A stretch of DNA of 64,000 bases. Source: a virus. Every line of letters begins with the position of its first letter. The first letter of the stretch is position 1. The stretch covers positions 96,001-160,000 of IMG/VR virus record IMGVR_UViG_3300043788_000040. One strand, 5' to 3'. This document shows positions 19,771 through 29,324 of the stretch, piece after piece. The position numbers and the translations under genes were made by a program. The notes under the pieces were generated by a model that was not told where the DNA came from, did no database searches, and was given only the letters and a program-made list of their open reading frames with translations.

Positions 19771-20488
19771 AGCCGGAAACCCACATCACGACCGTCTCGT
19801 CGCCCCACTGGGGGCCGGGCGACGATTACGAGGTGGTTGAGGTGCAAGTATTTGACCTCCCGGCGCGGACCCCCGTTCGCATAACCGTGGTACCTCTCTC
19901 GCAGGAGGAGTATAATTCGTACCTTGAGGGGAAGACGGACGCAGCGGGCAATGAGATCAAGAAGGCGAGTCGTGGAAGAAAAAGAGCTAAAAGCTAAGCT
20001 GAAGGAACTTGACGACAAACTTGCCGTGCTGTCGGGCGAGATTGAAGACATGCAGTACGAAGCCGAGGCGCTGCTGAAGAAGCGTCGGGCGTTCGCACGC
20101 CGGAACTGCAAGCACCAACGCACCCGCCAACGCAGCGTGATGGGCAAAGAGATCGTCACCTACTGCGACATCTGCGACGAAGAACTATAAAGCCCCTACA
20201 ATCCCCTAATCTTTTTGCCTTCCCGCATCCTTTGGTAGGGGGAAGCGCATGAACCGCATCACCCACTTCATAAACTCGGAGTGCGAAATCTACATCACCC
20301 GAGTCGCCGAAAACGGCGTGAGAATCCGCATAGCAGAGAAAGACACCAGCCTGCCCGACCCCACCGACTTTGAAATAGAGGGAAATCCTGCATATATCGC
20401 TGAAGCGTTCGCATCGCTCGCGTCAGTTTTGAGAAGCCTTGACCAGATACTCAAGGAACCTTCGTGATCTCAGTTCAGGAGATGTCCT

Positions 20489-21187
20489 ATCCGTTCGAAG
20501 CATAAGAAGTCGCACGATAAACCGCACGAAAAGCCATCGTTCACCGTACGCAGATCATTCGCCCCACTCAACGACTCCCAACGTGAATACGTTGCCGCCA
20601 TCGGTGAGGGCGGCATTCTGTTTGGCGTCGGTCCCGCAGGTACAGGGAAGACATACGCCGCTGTTGCCATGGCTCTCGCGGCTCTCAACGCCGGGCGCGT
20701 GAAGAGGATTATTTTCACTCGTCCCGCCATTGAAGCTGGGGAAAAGCTGGGGTTTCTTCCCGGCACCATGCAGGAAAAAGTAGACCCCTACATGCGCCCA
20801 CTTTTTGATGCCCTACATGACATGGTGGACAACGAAGAACTTCTCAAGATGATGGCCGGGGGCATCATTGAAATCGCCCCTCTGGCTTTCATGCGGGGTC
20901 GGACTTTGAGCAAGGCCTTCGTCATTTTGGACGAGGCGCAGAACACCACCAGCGAGCAGATGAAGATGTTCCTGACTCGTTTGGGGTTTGGCTCGCAGAT
21001 GGTGATCACCGGGGATGTCACCCAAGTGGACTTGCCCAACGGGAAAGTGTCTGGTCTGGTTGAGGCAGTAGAACTGTTCAAGGACGTGCCGGAGATCGGC
21101 ATCTTCCATTTCAACGCTACGGATGTCGTCCGTAACGCCCTTGTACAGGTGGTGGTCAACACTTACGAGAGTAAGCGCTCGCGTTAG
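20489..21187 (+). CDS. phoH: PhoH-family ATPase, probable non-canonical ATC start
   Basis: In-frame [10 protein letters not shown] lies upstream of the track start 20669; TRPAIE, LGFLPG, AFMRGRT, ILDEAQN, GDVTQVD. Confidence 0.92.
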   Translation: MRSKHKKSHDKPHEKPSFTVRRSFAPLNDSQREYVAAIGEGGILFGVGPAGTGKTYAAVAMALAALNAGRVKRIIFTRPAIEAGEKLGFLPGTMQEKVDPYMRPLFDALHDMVDNEELLKMMAGGIIEIAPLAFMRGRTLSKAFVILDEAQNTTSEQMKMFLTRLGFGSQMVITGDVTQVDLPNGKVSGLVEAVELFKDVPEIGIFHFNATDVVRNALVQVVVNTYESKRSR

Positions 21188-21483
21188 AAAATGAACGTGC
21201 CCGTGACGATGTAGTCTGTCGCGGCAAGCAAAGCGGATGAAAAGGTCAGCGTAATCGAGTCTGTCAATCCAATTGCTCCTGTGACCGTGATCGTGTTGTC
21301 TGAACAATTCAGATTTGTCACGCTAGTGGGCATGAGGGCCATGGCTGTGAAGCCATCAGAGATAGTTTGACCAGTGGGGGAAGCATAGCTGAGTGCTGCC
21401 GTGCCGAGTGAGATGGTGATGGACGTTGCAGACCCGTCACCGTGCAATTGGACGCCGAAGTTGATGGACTGTTTGATAGCCAT
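21184..21483 (-). CDS. Small beta-rich virion-associated protein
   Basis: N-terminus (MAIKQ...GDGSATS) resembles that of the 418-aa neighbour. Confidence 0.6.
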   Translation of the reverse strand: MAIKQSINFGVQLHGDGSATSITISLGTAALSYASPTGQTISDGFTAMALMPTSVTNLNCSDNTITVTGAIGLTDSITLTFSSALLAATDYIVTGTFIF

Positions 21484-21484
21484 T

Positions 21485-22692
21485 TTAGTATTCGTACCCG
21501 CAGATGGTGACGTTGAGGATGTTGGTTGTCGCCTGATCCAAGTGACTGACGCCGATAGTCTGCGTACCGTTGCCGAAGAACTCGATGCCGTCTGGAATAT
21601 CTATGACAACCTCGCCGCCTGAACCCGACGTGGCGTTCAGCGTATTTGCTTCAGGCACCAAGTACGCGATGGGGCTGGCAGCAGTAGTGGCTCCAGCGGT
21701 GTTGTGGCGCAGAGCGATGCGTGAAAACGCGATAGCAGCCGCACCGGAACGCACGCTTACACCGATTGATGTGATGCGAAGAGTCTTGCCGGATGTGATT
21801 GTGTAACTGGTGACGCCAGCCGTGTTGACGCCCTGCTTGTTTTGAGCCATGGACAGCAGAGCTTCAGCCGTGACGCCCGCTGCTGCGAGTGCGGTAAAGG
21901 AAACGTAGGTACGACCCGAATCCTTCATGTCCTGCGTGGTGAGCGCACGTGCGCCCTGCGTTGCCTTGGCGACGGTGTTGACCGCGTTACCGCCAGCCGC
22001 ATCGTCCAGTGTCATGTGCAGGTTCGCACCGTTAGCTTGTCCCACGGTGGGAACAGGCTCTACGCTGACGTCGTTCCCCTCCATGATGAACGTGACGGTG
22101 CCCGTTCCGGTAAGCTGCGGATTGAGGCGTAGACGCATGTAGGATAGACCTGCTACGTCGAACTGGATAGCGCGGCTGCCGACGCCGTTTGTCCAGCCTG
22201 TAAGTGCGGTGTAGCCGTCAGCGATGGCTCCTTGAATTGGAAACCAAGCTGCGCCGTCTTGTGAAACTTCAAAAAGAATTGTGCCGCCCGTGATAGAGCC
22301 GCTGACCACGAATCCTACTTCAACGGAATTTGAACCAGACAACGGCAGAGTCCATGTGGTGTTGAGAGCAGTGGCACTTGTCCAAGCAGCCGTGGTGCCT
22401 TGCAAAGTGCCAGAGTTGAAGAACAGTCCAACGAAAGCTGTGCCCTGACCAGACCAAGCCGAGGGGAAAGACAGAATCAGGTTGCCAAAGCCGTCGAGGG
22501 AGGCTGATCCGCCAGCCGGAAGTGCTCCGACTACGTTGTTCAGAGTCGCGCTGTTCGGGAGAGTTCCAGGGTTGACAACTTGCCCAGAGTCCAACACAAG
22601 CTGAAACAGTTTCGCGAAGCTGTACGTGAAAGAAGTAGCGACGTTGTCGCCATTCAATAAAATTTCTACTGTGACCACTTGCTGGATCGCCA
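21485..22692 (-). CDS. Putative virion surface/fibre protein (module set A)
   Basis: Likely start MAIQQVVTVE; AAWTSATALNT module; C-terminal domain QDMKDSGRT...GKTLRI...PDGIE...GYEY shared with the 665-aa gene. Confidence 0.7.
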
Positions 22693-22769
22693 TAGTGTTT
22701 GACTGCCTCCTGCCCAAGGAACGTAAAGTGCGCCGACGCATCGGCTTGCGACAAGGGCAAACTTAGGGA

Positions 22770-24767
22770 TTAGTATTCGTACCCCACGACGCACACAGTC
22801 GCGTTGCCAGTGTTCACCTGCGAAAGTGTGCTGATGCCCACTTGCTGACCAGCCGCTATTTCTAATCCATCTGGAAAAACTTGCTCGGCGTTGCCTACGT
22901 CAGCCGTGCCTGAGGTCGTAGATGGAGAGGCGAATAGGGTGCAGTAAATCGGCGAGGTGACGAGGACAGCCGCAGCAGCGCGGATGCGTGCTTTGACTGC
23001 GCCGATGCCAGTATTGACTTGCGAAGCCAGCGTCATGCTCTGCATGCGGAACGTTTTACCAGCCGTCACGGTGTACGAAGTTCCCGTTGTCGTTGCACCG
23101 TTCTTGGTGATGCTCATCGTCTGCAAAGCTTCCGCCGCTGGGGCTGTAACGTTGTCGATATACAACACCACTACGGTGCGACCAGAGTCCTTGAGTTCTT
23201 GCACCTTGGTCGGTGGTACTCCGTTGGATTGTGCCGCGAAACCAACGGTGACCGTGCCCGTCCCTGTGATAGCTGGGCTGAGTCGGACGCGGAAGTATTG
23301 CCAGCCTCCGATGTTGAACTTGAAGGAGATGTAGGTGCTGGCTTGGAACGTGTAGGACTGGATGTCATTGCCGTCAGCGGCATAGTTGACACCTGAGGCT
23401 GCGACCCAGTTGGCGTTATCGTTGCTGACTTCGAAGTTGGCAGCACCACCCGTGATCGTCGTCGTCTGGTTGAAAGTGACTAGGATAGTGTTGTACGAAA
23501 AGTTCGCACTGAGCAGGGTGACGGCTGTATTGTTCGCTGTGGCAGATGTCCAAGATGCAGCGGCGGTGTTGCTAGTGCCGCTGTTCGCTTCCTTCAAAGC
23601 ACCAATGGCGTCAACCTGCAAGGGCGATACGTTACCCGTGGTGATTGTAGTGGGGGTCGTGTTGAACTGTCCGGCGATCAGAAGCTCGTTGGCAGGAGAG
23701 GCTGCGTTTTGACCCGCAGCATCCATCGCCGCGCCCGTATTTCCGACAATGCCAACCTTCTGCACACCAGCCGCAGCCGTTACGACAGCCACACCTGCCA
23801 CTGCTTGCAGATCGTGATTGAGTGCGCCGTGTAAATCGGTAACGGGCAGGACTTGATCGCCTGTCGTGTAAGTGACAGTCGTGTACGCGGTCTCAGCAAT
23901 CGCAGGCAGTACGCCAAGATTTTGAGCGTTCGGAGCCGCGTTATTGTTGGTCAAGTTGCCAACGACTGTGAACGGTGCGGCTGGGTTTGTCACATTGACG
24001 TTCAGCGACGTGCCTGTCGCGGTGATCCCGGTGACGCCAGCGAACAGAGAAGAGTTGACGGCTGGAACTGCAACGGCTGCTGGAGCCGATCCGAAGTTTA
24101 CAATCGCCGTGGCACCGAGTGCTGTACCTGCGACAGCTTGCAAATCTTGGTTGAGAGCACCGTGCAGGTCCGTGACGGGAAGCACCATGTCGCCCGTGGT
24201 GTAGGTGACGGTCGTGTACGCAGTCTCAGCAATAGCACCCAGTACGCCAACTAGCGTTGCGGTAGGAGCCGCGTTGTTGTTCGTTAGGTTTCCGTCAACG
24301 ACCCATGGGGTTGTGCTCTGCGTGACACCCACGGTCCCTGAGATTGCTGTCGTGGAGAGGGAACTGACAAACGAGTCAGCGGAGTATCCGATGGTGACCG
24401 TTCCCGTGCCTGTGATTGCCGAACTAAGAAGAACTTGAAAATACGGAATGGCGGTTAGGTTAAACTGGAAGACCGCGTAGGTGTTCGCTTGAAGCGTGTA
24501 CGTAGCTCCCACCAACGCCAGCGTGGAGGTGTTGAATCCTTGAAGGTTGAAGAAGTTTACGCCGTCGAAGCTGCCCTGAAATGTGACCACGCCGCCTGTG
24601 ATCGTGGTGGTCTGTGACAGGGAAATGTTCAGGGTGTTGTAGGAGATGTCATTGCTGACCAGCGAGGCGACTGTGTTGAGAGCAGTGCTGCTGTTCCACG
24701 CGACAAACGAAGGGTTCTGCGAACCTACGCTGATACTTGCCGTGATGGAATACTGTGACTCAGGCAT
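22770..24767 (-). CDS. Putative virion surface/fibre protein with GNLTNNNAAP repeats
   Basis: T/A/V/G/N-rich; two W.S.TA.NT modules, two GNLTNNNAAP/TDLHGALN repeats, shared C-terminal domain. Confidence 0.8.
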   Translation of the reverse strand: MPESQYSITASISVGSQNPSFVAWNSSTALNTVASLVSNDISYNTLNISLSQTTTITGGVVTFQGSFDGVNFFNLQGFNTSTLALVGATYTLQANTYAVFQFNLTAIPYFQVLLSSAITGTGTVTIGYSADSFVSSLSTTAISGTVGVTQSTTPWVVDGNLTNNNAAPTATLVGVLGAIAETAYTTVTYTTGDMVLPVTDLHGALNQDLQAVAGTALGATAIVNFGSAPAAVAVPAVNSSLFAGVTGITATGTSLNVNVTNPAAPFTVVGNLTNNNAAPNAQNLGVLPAIAETAYTTVTYTTGDQVLPVTDLHGALNHDLQAVAGVAVVTAAAGVQKVGIVGNTGAAMDAAGQNAASPANELLIAGQFNTTPTTITTGNVSPLQVDAIGALKEANSGTSNTAAASWTSATANNTAVTLLSANFSYNTILVTFNQTTTITGGAANFEVSNDNANWVAASGVNYAADGNDIQSYTFQASTYISFKFNIGGWQYFRVRLSPAITGTGTVTVGFAAQSNGVPPTKVQELKDSGRTVVVLYIDNVTAPAAEALQTMSITKNGATTTGTSYTVTAGKTFRMQSMTLASQVNTGIGAVKARIRAAAAVLVTSPIYCTLFASPSTTSGTADVGNAEQVFPDGLEIAAGQQVGISTLSQVNTGNATVCVVGYEY

Positions 24768-24799
24768 TGGATAATCCCCTACAAATCCCTTAGAAAGTC

Positions 24800-24828
24800 A
24801 AAAGAAAAGGGGCACCTTGCGGTGCCCC
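24800..24828 (-). terminator. Rho-independent terminator of the minus-strand ncRNA unit
   Basis: GGGGCACC-GCAA-GGTGCCCC followed by TTTTCTTTT on the minus strand. Confidence 0.85.
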
Positions 24829-24905
24829 TCGTCCGAATGCCTCAACTTCAAGGCACGCCCTGATAAAGATCAAAATTGATGACAGGCAGGATGGGTACGA
24901 TCAAG

Positions 24906-24990
24906 CGGAAGGCACCGGAGTTGAACCGGAGAGGTTTCCCTCCCATCGCTTTATCAGGGCGTGCTCAATGACCTATTGAGATTACCTTCC
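24906..24990 (-). tRNA. Non-canonical tRNA-Sec-like (8/4 allo-tRNA type) RNA, anticodon GAU, no encoded CCA
   Basis: Minus strand: GGAAGGTA/TGCCTTCC acceptor, CTCAAT/ATTGAG D-stem, loop CTGATAA, V-arm GGAGG-GAAA-CCTCT, T-arm CCGG-TTCAACT-CCGG, G discriminator. Confidence 0.8.
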
Positions 24991-25045
24991 GAGAGCAGCC
25001 CTGCCTGTCAAATGTCTAATACCCTCTCCCCAACAATTCAGCCGA

Positions 25046-26602
25046 TTAGATTGCAGCGGCTTCTTCTGACCAGCGGATGGAACCAAAAGCCTTGGAAGTA
25101 CCAGTGCCGAACTTCTGAGCGGCAAGGGTGTAGGTGTCTCCAGGTGCCCCGGCAGCCATGTACTGCAACAGCATGTCGGTGTGCGCGGGAGCCGAAGCAA
25201 GCATAGATGACCAAACCACGGTTCCGGTGCCGATAGTGACAGCAGTCGCCGTGACGTCACGCTTGATGTGCGAACCAGTCGGAATACCAGTCGCCGTGAA
25301 CGCTGCGCCCGTGAGGGTTTGGGGGTTCTTGATGAGCACGACCTTGACCTGCGAGCCGTCTCCGTACGCCTGAACCTCGCGGATAAGGAATGACTCCGTG
25401 GTTGAGTTGGACTGAATCGAGATCAGCGGTACCAGCGTGGCGTTCGGCAGTGTGATGAGGGTCGTGAAGCCGGAGTCGTCAGCGAAGTAGTTGATTGACT
25501 GGGCATACTGCTCATCCGCAGGAATCGTGACCAGCGAACCGCCCTGCGACACGCGCAGAAGTTCTTGGTCGCCAGCGGTGTAAGCCGGGAGGGTGACGGT
25601 CGGGAACGTGCCGGAGTCCGTGACTGCGATCAACGCGCCGATGTTGTTCGTAGTCGGAGCCGCGTTGTTGTTCGTCAGGTTGCCAGCGATTACCCAAGGC
25701 GTGGTGCCCTGCGTGACTGCGACCGTGCCGCCCGTGACATCCACGTTCAGGCTGGAGCCTGTCGCGGTGATGCCCGTGGTTCCGGCGAAGATTGAAACGT
25801 TCGCGCCGATTACGTTTGCAGCAGCGGGTGCCGTACCGAAGGCGGTAACAGCAGTCGCACCCAGTTGGACGCCAGCCGAAGCCTGCATGTCGTTGTTGAC
25901 TGCGCCATGGAGGTCGGTGACTGCCAGTACTTGGTTGCCCGTCGTGTAGGTGACGGTGTTGTAAGCGGTCTCAGCGATGAAGCCCAGCACGCCCATGTTG
26001 TCGGCAATCGGGGCTGCCGTGTTGTTAGACAGGTTGCCAGCAACCGTGACGGTAGTCGTGCTACCAGTCAGGTTGACGTTCAGCGCACCGCCCGTGTTCG
26101 TCAGAGCCGTGGTGCCTGAGAAGATTGAGGAGTTGACAGCCGGAACGTTTACAGCGGCCGGAGCCGAACCGAAGGCGACTACTGCGGTCGCGCCAAGCTG
26201 GACGCCAGCAACAGCCTGCAAGTCGTCATTGACTGCTCCATGCAAGTCGGTGGTCGCCAGAACTTGGAAGCCGTTCGTGTAGGTGTTGGTCGTGTACGCG
26301 GTTGAAGCAAGGAAGCCAAGCGTGCCGAGGTTGTCTGCAACGGGCGCTGCGTTGTTGTTCGTCAACGTGCCCATGACGTTCGTGGTGCCCGCGAACGTGG
26401 CGTTGACGTTTAGAAAGCCGTTTGGAGTGGACGAGAGCGGCTGGAAGTTGCCGTTGCTGTCCATGCTGCCGACTAGGATGCCCGATGTCGGGGACGCTGT
26501 GCCATTAGCAGCAAATAAAGGCGATTCGGTGTTGTTGTCGTACAACCCGGAGACTGTGACTGTCGTGTACTGGTCAGTTCCGGGGAATAGTGTCAATGGC
26601 AT
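25046..26602 (-). CDS. Putative virion surface/fibre protein with G.L.NN.AAP repeats
   Basis: Two full and one partial ~110-aa repeats; C-terminal LVPLISI...DTYTL...WSEE domain shared with the 396-aa gene. Confidence 0.8.
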   Translation of the reverse strand: MPLTLFPGTDQYTTVTVSGLYDNNTESPLFAANGTASPTSGILVGSMDSNGNFQPLSSTPNGFLNVNATFAGTTNVMGTLTNNNAAPVADNLGTLGFLASTAYTTNTYTNGFQVLATTDLHGAVNDDLQAVAGVQLGATAVVAFGSAPAAVNVPAVNSSIFSGTTALTNTGGALNVNLTGSTTTVTVAGNLSNNTAAPIADNMGVLGFIAETAYNTVTYTTGNQVLAVTDLHGAVNNDMQASAGVQLGATAVTAFGTAPAAANVIGANVSIFAGTTGITATGSSLNVDVTGGTVAVTQGTTPWVIAGNLTNNNAAPTTNNIGALIAVTDSGTFPTVTLPAYTAGDQELLRVSQGGSLVTIPADEQYAQSINYFADDSGFTTLITLPNATLVPLISIQSNSTTESFLIREVQAYGDGSQVKVVLIKNPQTLTGAAFTATGIPTGSHIKRDVTATAVTIGTGTVVWSSMLASAPAHTDMLLQYMAAGAPGDTYTLAAQKFGTGTSKAFGSIRWSEEAAAI

Positions 26603-26679
26603 ATAGGGGAGTCCTCTCCAACTTCGGGTTCAAAATCGCTTCTATCTGAGGGAATGGTAGTCGAAAAAGGGCTATCTCG

Positions 26680-27870
26680 TTAGAGACACGTGGCTTGTTC
26701 ATCCCAAGCAAACGAACACCCAGCTATTGATTTTGGGGTGCCCGTGGAGACAGCGCCGACATAAACGAGGGTGATGGTGTCCGGCGTCCCTCCGGTGAAT
26801 CCGAAGTGCATCTCATAATCGTGACGCTCGTGGTCAGCGCCGACGAACCCGGAGTCAATGAGCCTGCCCCCGGTGTAGGATGTCGCGGAGACGTCGTACT
26901 GGGCTTGGGACGCGGCGTCCACGTTCACGAAGCTCGCCCCGGTCAGCGTCGCGTTGAGGAGAAGCTGGTAATGGGACAGGTTCCCACCGCTGAGGAAGTC
27001 CGAGTTCCTGAGAGTGAATGTGACAGCGGTCGCCGCAACCTTTGGCCGGATGGACAGCAGGGGCACCAAGGCAGCCGTGGCGTTCGTCTTGAGCGCCGCG
27101 CCCGTGGTCGCACCGAAGCGCAGGACGTTGATGTCCGTCTCTTGGTCTTGCGTGAGCGTGACGATCTTGCCGCCCGTGGTAACCGAGATGTTTTGGAGTA
27201 CACCGTTGCAATCCGCACCGCCGATGAGGATAGGCTGGATGCAGGTCGGCGGGACGTACGCGGGCGCTGGGCAGATGGTGCTGCCTGCTGCATACAAACC
27301 CTGAACCTGAGGGTCCATCCAAGCCGCTGAGGTATTGCCCGGCTGCGAGATCAGGAGCATTCCGGGGTGCGTTGGGTGGCTGATGTTGGTGACAACCGGG
27401 GTGCAGGTATCGGTCGCAAGTTCGGTCGCCTCAATGACGCCTGTGCTACCACATTCAACGGTCAGCGTCGCACCGCTGCCGACCACCATCGTCGCTACGG
27501 TGTTCGTGCCGGACAGGATTTGGTCAAAGTGTACCGTTGTGCCTGAGGTCGTGTAGTAGGCGCTGATGTTTCCGCTGCCATCGGTCTGCCAAAAGACGTT
27601 GGACGAACCTGCCGGGGGTGCCGGGGTCAAGTTGTTGAAGTTCGGAGCCGCAGGGCCAAACAGAACTGCGGTGCCGTTGACGAATACCTCGTCAACGTCG
27701 GGACCTGTCGGCAAGAGGCACGGATCAATCTTGCAGTCGGGGCCAAGTAGGACTATAGCGCCGGGCTGCGCGGGGCAGCAGCCGTCAACGGCGGGGACAC
27801 GATACTCAGTCCAGAAGGGCTGGTTCGCTTTGTCCTTGCGATTTGCCAGTATGCTGTAGATGGGAGCCAT
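26680..27870 (-). CDS. Putative virion protein with Cys/Pro-rich N-terminus
   Basis: C-terminal LVPLLSIRP...LTGASF...DTITL...WDEQ domain paralogous to the 518-aa gene. Confidence 0.75.
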   Translation of the reverse strand: MAPIYSILANRKDKANQPFWTEYRVPAVDGCCPAQPGAIVLLGPDCKIDPCLLPTGPDVDEVFVNGTAVLFGPAAPNFNNLTPAPPAGSSNVFWQTDGSGNISAYYTTSGTTVHFDQILSGTNTVATMVVGSGATLTVECGSTGVIEATELATDTCTPVVTNISHPTHPGMLLISQPGNTSAAWMDPQVQGLYAAGSTICPAPAYVPPTCIQPILIGGADCNGVLQNISVTTGGKIVTLTQDQETDINVLRFGATTGAALKTNATAALVPLLSIRPKVAATAVTFTLRNSDFLSGGNLSHYQLLLNATLTGASFVNVDAASQAQYDVSATSYTGGRLIDSGFVGADHERHDYEMHFGFTGGTPDTITLVYVGAVSTGTPKSIAGCSFAWDEQATCL

Positions 27871-28064
27871 TACTGGTTACCCCCTTGGCGCATCTGGTCT
27901 ATCATGTCGGGGCTGAAGCGGAGGTTACGTCCAATGCGAATGCACGGAATCTTGCCTGCGGAGGCGAGGCGGTAGAGAGTCTTCGGAGCGATCTTGACGA
28001 GCTTCGCAAACTCCTTGATCGTCAAAAGCTCGGTCTGGGAGCCTTTTTGTGTTCCAGAAGCCAT
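27870..28064 (-). CDS. Excisionase/MerR-like helix-turn-helix protein
   Basis: LLTIKEFAKLVKIAPKTLYRL...GKIPCIRIGRNLRF. Confidence 0.85.
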   Translation of the reverse strand: MASGTQKGSQTELLTIKEFAKLVKIAPKTLYRLASAGKIPCIRIGRNLRFSPDMIDQMRQGGNQ

Positions 28065-28121
28065 TTCCTCAGTTTTCCCCGCTTTTCACTTAGGGGTTTG
28101 GTAGCAGGTTTTTACTTTTGA

Positions 28122-28901
28122 TTAGCCGAACAGGGCTTCCATATCGGTGATGAAGGCTTGCGCAGCGACCCCGATCAGTTGGCGGGGGGCCTGAGAAGGC
28201 GAGACGTTGGTCTCGCTATAGAAGAGCCAAACCTTGCGGGCTGCCGGGTCGGTCACGGTGCCGGAGTCGGCATTGCTGTAGCCGTTTGTGTTCAGTGTCG
28301 CCAAGCCCACATCGCCGCTCGCCCCGCATCCCGCCGTGCCGTAGTCTGCGTGTGTGAACGGTGCTGTGAAGCTGGCGTAGCCGGATGGGTCGGAGGGATT
28401 TTTTGAGACGCTGGCGATGGTCACAGTCTGGGCGTTGAGGAACGTCGCATTCACCAAGCCAGAGAAAGTCACGGTCATACCTACGACCCAATCCTGCCGG
28501 GCGGTGACAGTCAGCACGTTGGACACGATTTCAACCGCCGACACGGGCGCTGTGATAGCGGGCATGGTCGCCGTGAAGGCTCCAGGCGTTGCTGTGCTGA
28601 CGTTCACGATCTTGCCGTTCAGGAATGAGGCATTGGTCAGCCCGTTAATCAGGGCGGCGTTCATGTTCGCTTGGAAGGTGTTGACGCCAGTGACGGTGAG
28701 CAAGCCGCCTGCGATTGCGATGTTGGTGATTTGGGGCATGCGGATAGTGGGCTGATCCGCTTCAAGATACTGAAGCCCGTTGACGTTGATCATCACTTCC
28801 TTACCGTGTGGGTCAAAGGTAAAGTCCGGCTTGTAAATCCAGAAAGCCGCGTGGATCGTCGTGTTTAGTTGGAAGCCCGCTTCAAACTGATTCAACGGCA
28901 T
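28122..28901 (-). CDS. Putative virion protein with two short beta repeats
   Basis: Repeat LTVT...GL.NA.FLN...V occurs twice. Confidence 0.7.
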   Translation of the reverse strand: MPLNQFEAGFQLNTTIHAAFWIYKPDFTFDPHGKEVMINVNGLQYLEADQPTIRMPQITNIAIAGGLLTVTGVNTFQANMNAALINGLTNASFLNGKIVNVSTATPGAFTATMPAITAPVSAVEIVSNVLTVTARQDWVVGMTVTFSGLVNATFLNAQTVTIASVSKNPSDPSGYASFTAPFTHADYGTAGCGASGDVGLATLNTNGYSNADSGTVTDPAARKVWLFYSETNVSPSQAPRQLIGVAAQAFITDMEALFG

Positions 28902-29324
28902 GTACCCCTACCTATGGTGGGAAAGCCCACGAATACCAAGTACTCGGGCTGGACAAAAATGTCCATTTCGCTGTATACTATTGCTGTGAGAGACCCTCTA
29001 AAATGCCCACGGTGTGGGCTTGGCAAAGACACGGACGGCGACGGCGATTGTCCGGTATGCGCCCACTGGGAAGACGGTCGAGAAGTCGGCCCGGCGCTCG
29101 CTAAGCTGATCCGCAGGAGCAAGAAGAAACAATGAGCCGCACCTACTCGCGGAGGACATGCCGATGCGGGCGGGAAGTCAGCGCCAACGGCGCAGCGTGG
29201 CACAACCACATGATGGGGCACGTCCGCAAGGGCGAGGCAACCAAATCATTCGTAATCTCCGGCTGCCTCACGCCGGGCGCTGGTTCACGGTACACCGAAT
29301 TTCGCTGGATAAAGGAGCCTGCTA

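Larger units (their letters stand above)
24800..25010 (-). ncRNA. About 210-nt structured precursor: clamp helix, tRNA-like domain, cis-antisense segment, terminator
   Basis: 11-bp IR 25000-25010/24880-24890; 16-nt IR 24949-24964/24853-24868; GTATTAGA promoter motif at 25022-25015. Confidence 0.75.

Noticed and set aside
24906-24990. Calling the element selC (tRNA-Sec) or an ordinary tRNA-Ile
   Set aside because: The anticodon is GAU rather than UCA and the T-stem is 4 bp; the body is not a 7/5 tRNA-Ile.
24961-25206. Short ORFs over the tRNA-like unit
   Set aside because: No RBS or motifs, they overlap the fibre gene, and the RNA structure explains the region better.
22770-26602. Diversity-generating retroelement or shufflon in the fibre repeats
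   Set aside because: Repeats are in-frame protein duplications differing at all bases with no evident adenine-specific pattern; no reverse transcriptase or invertase in the window.
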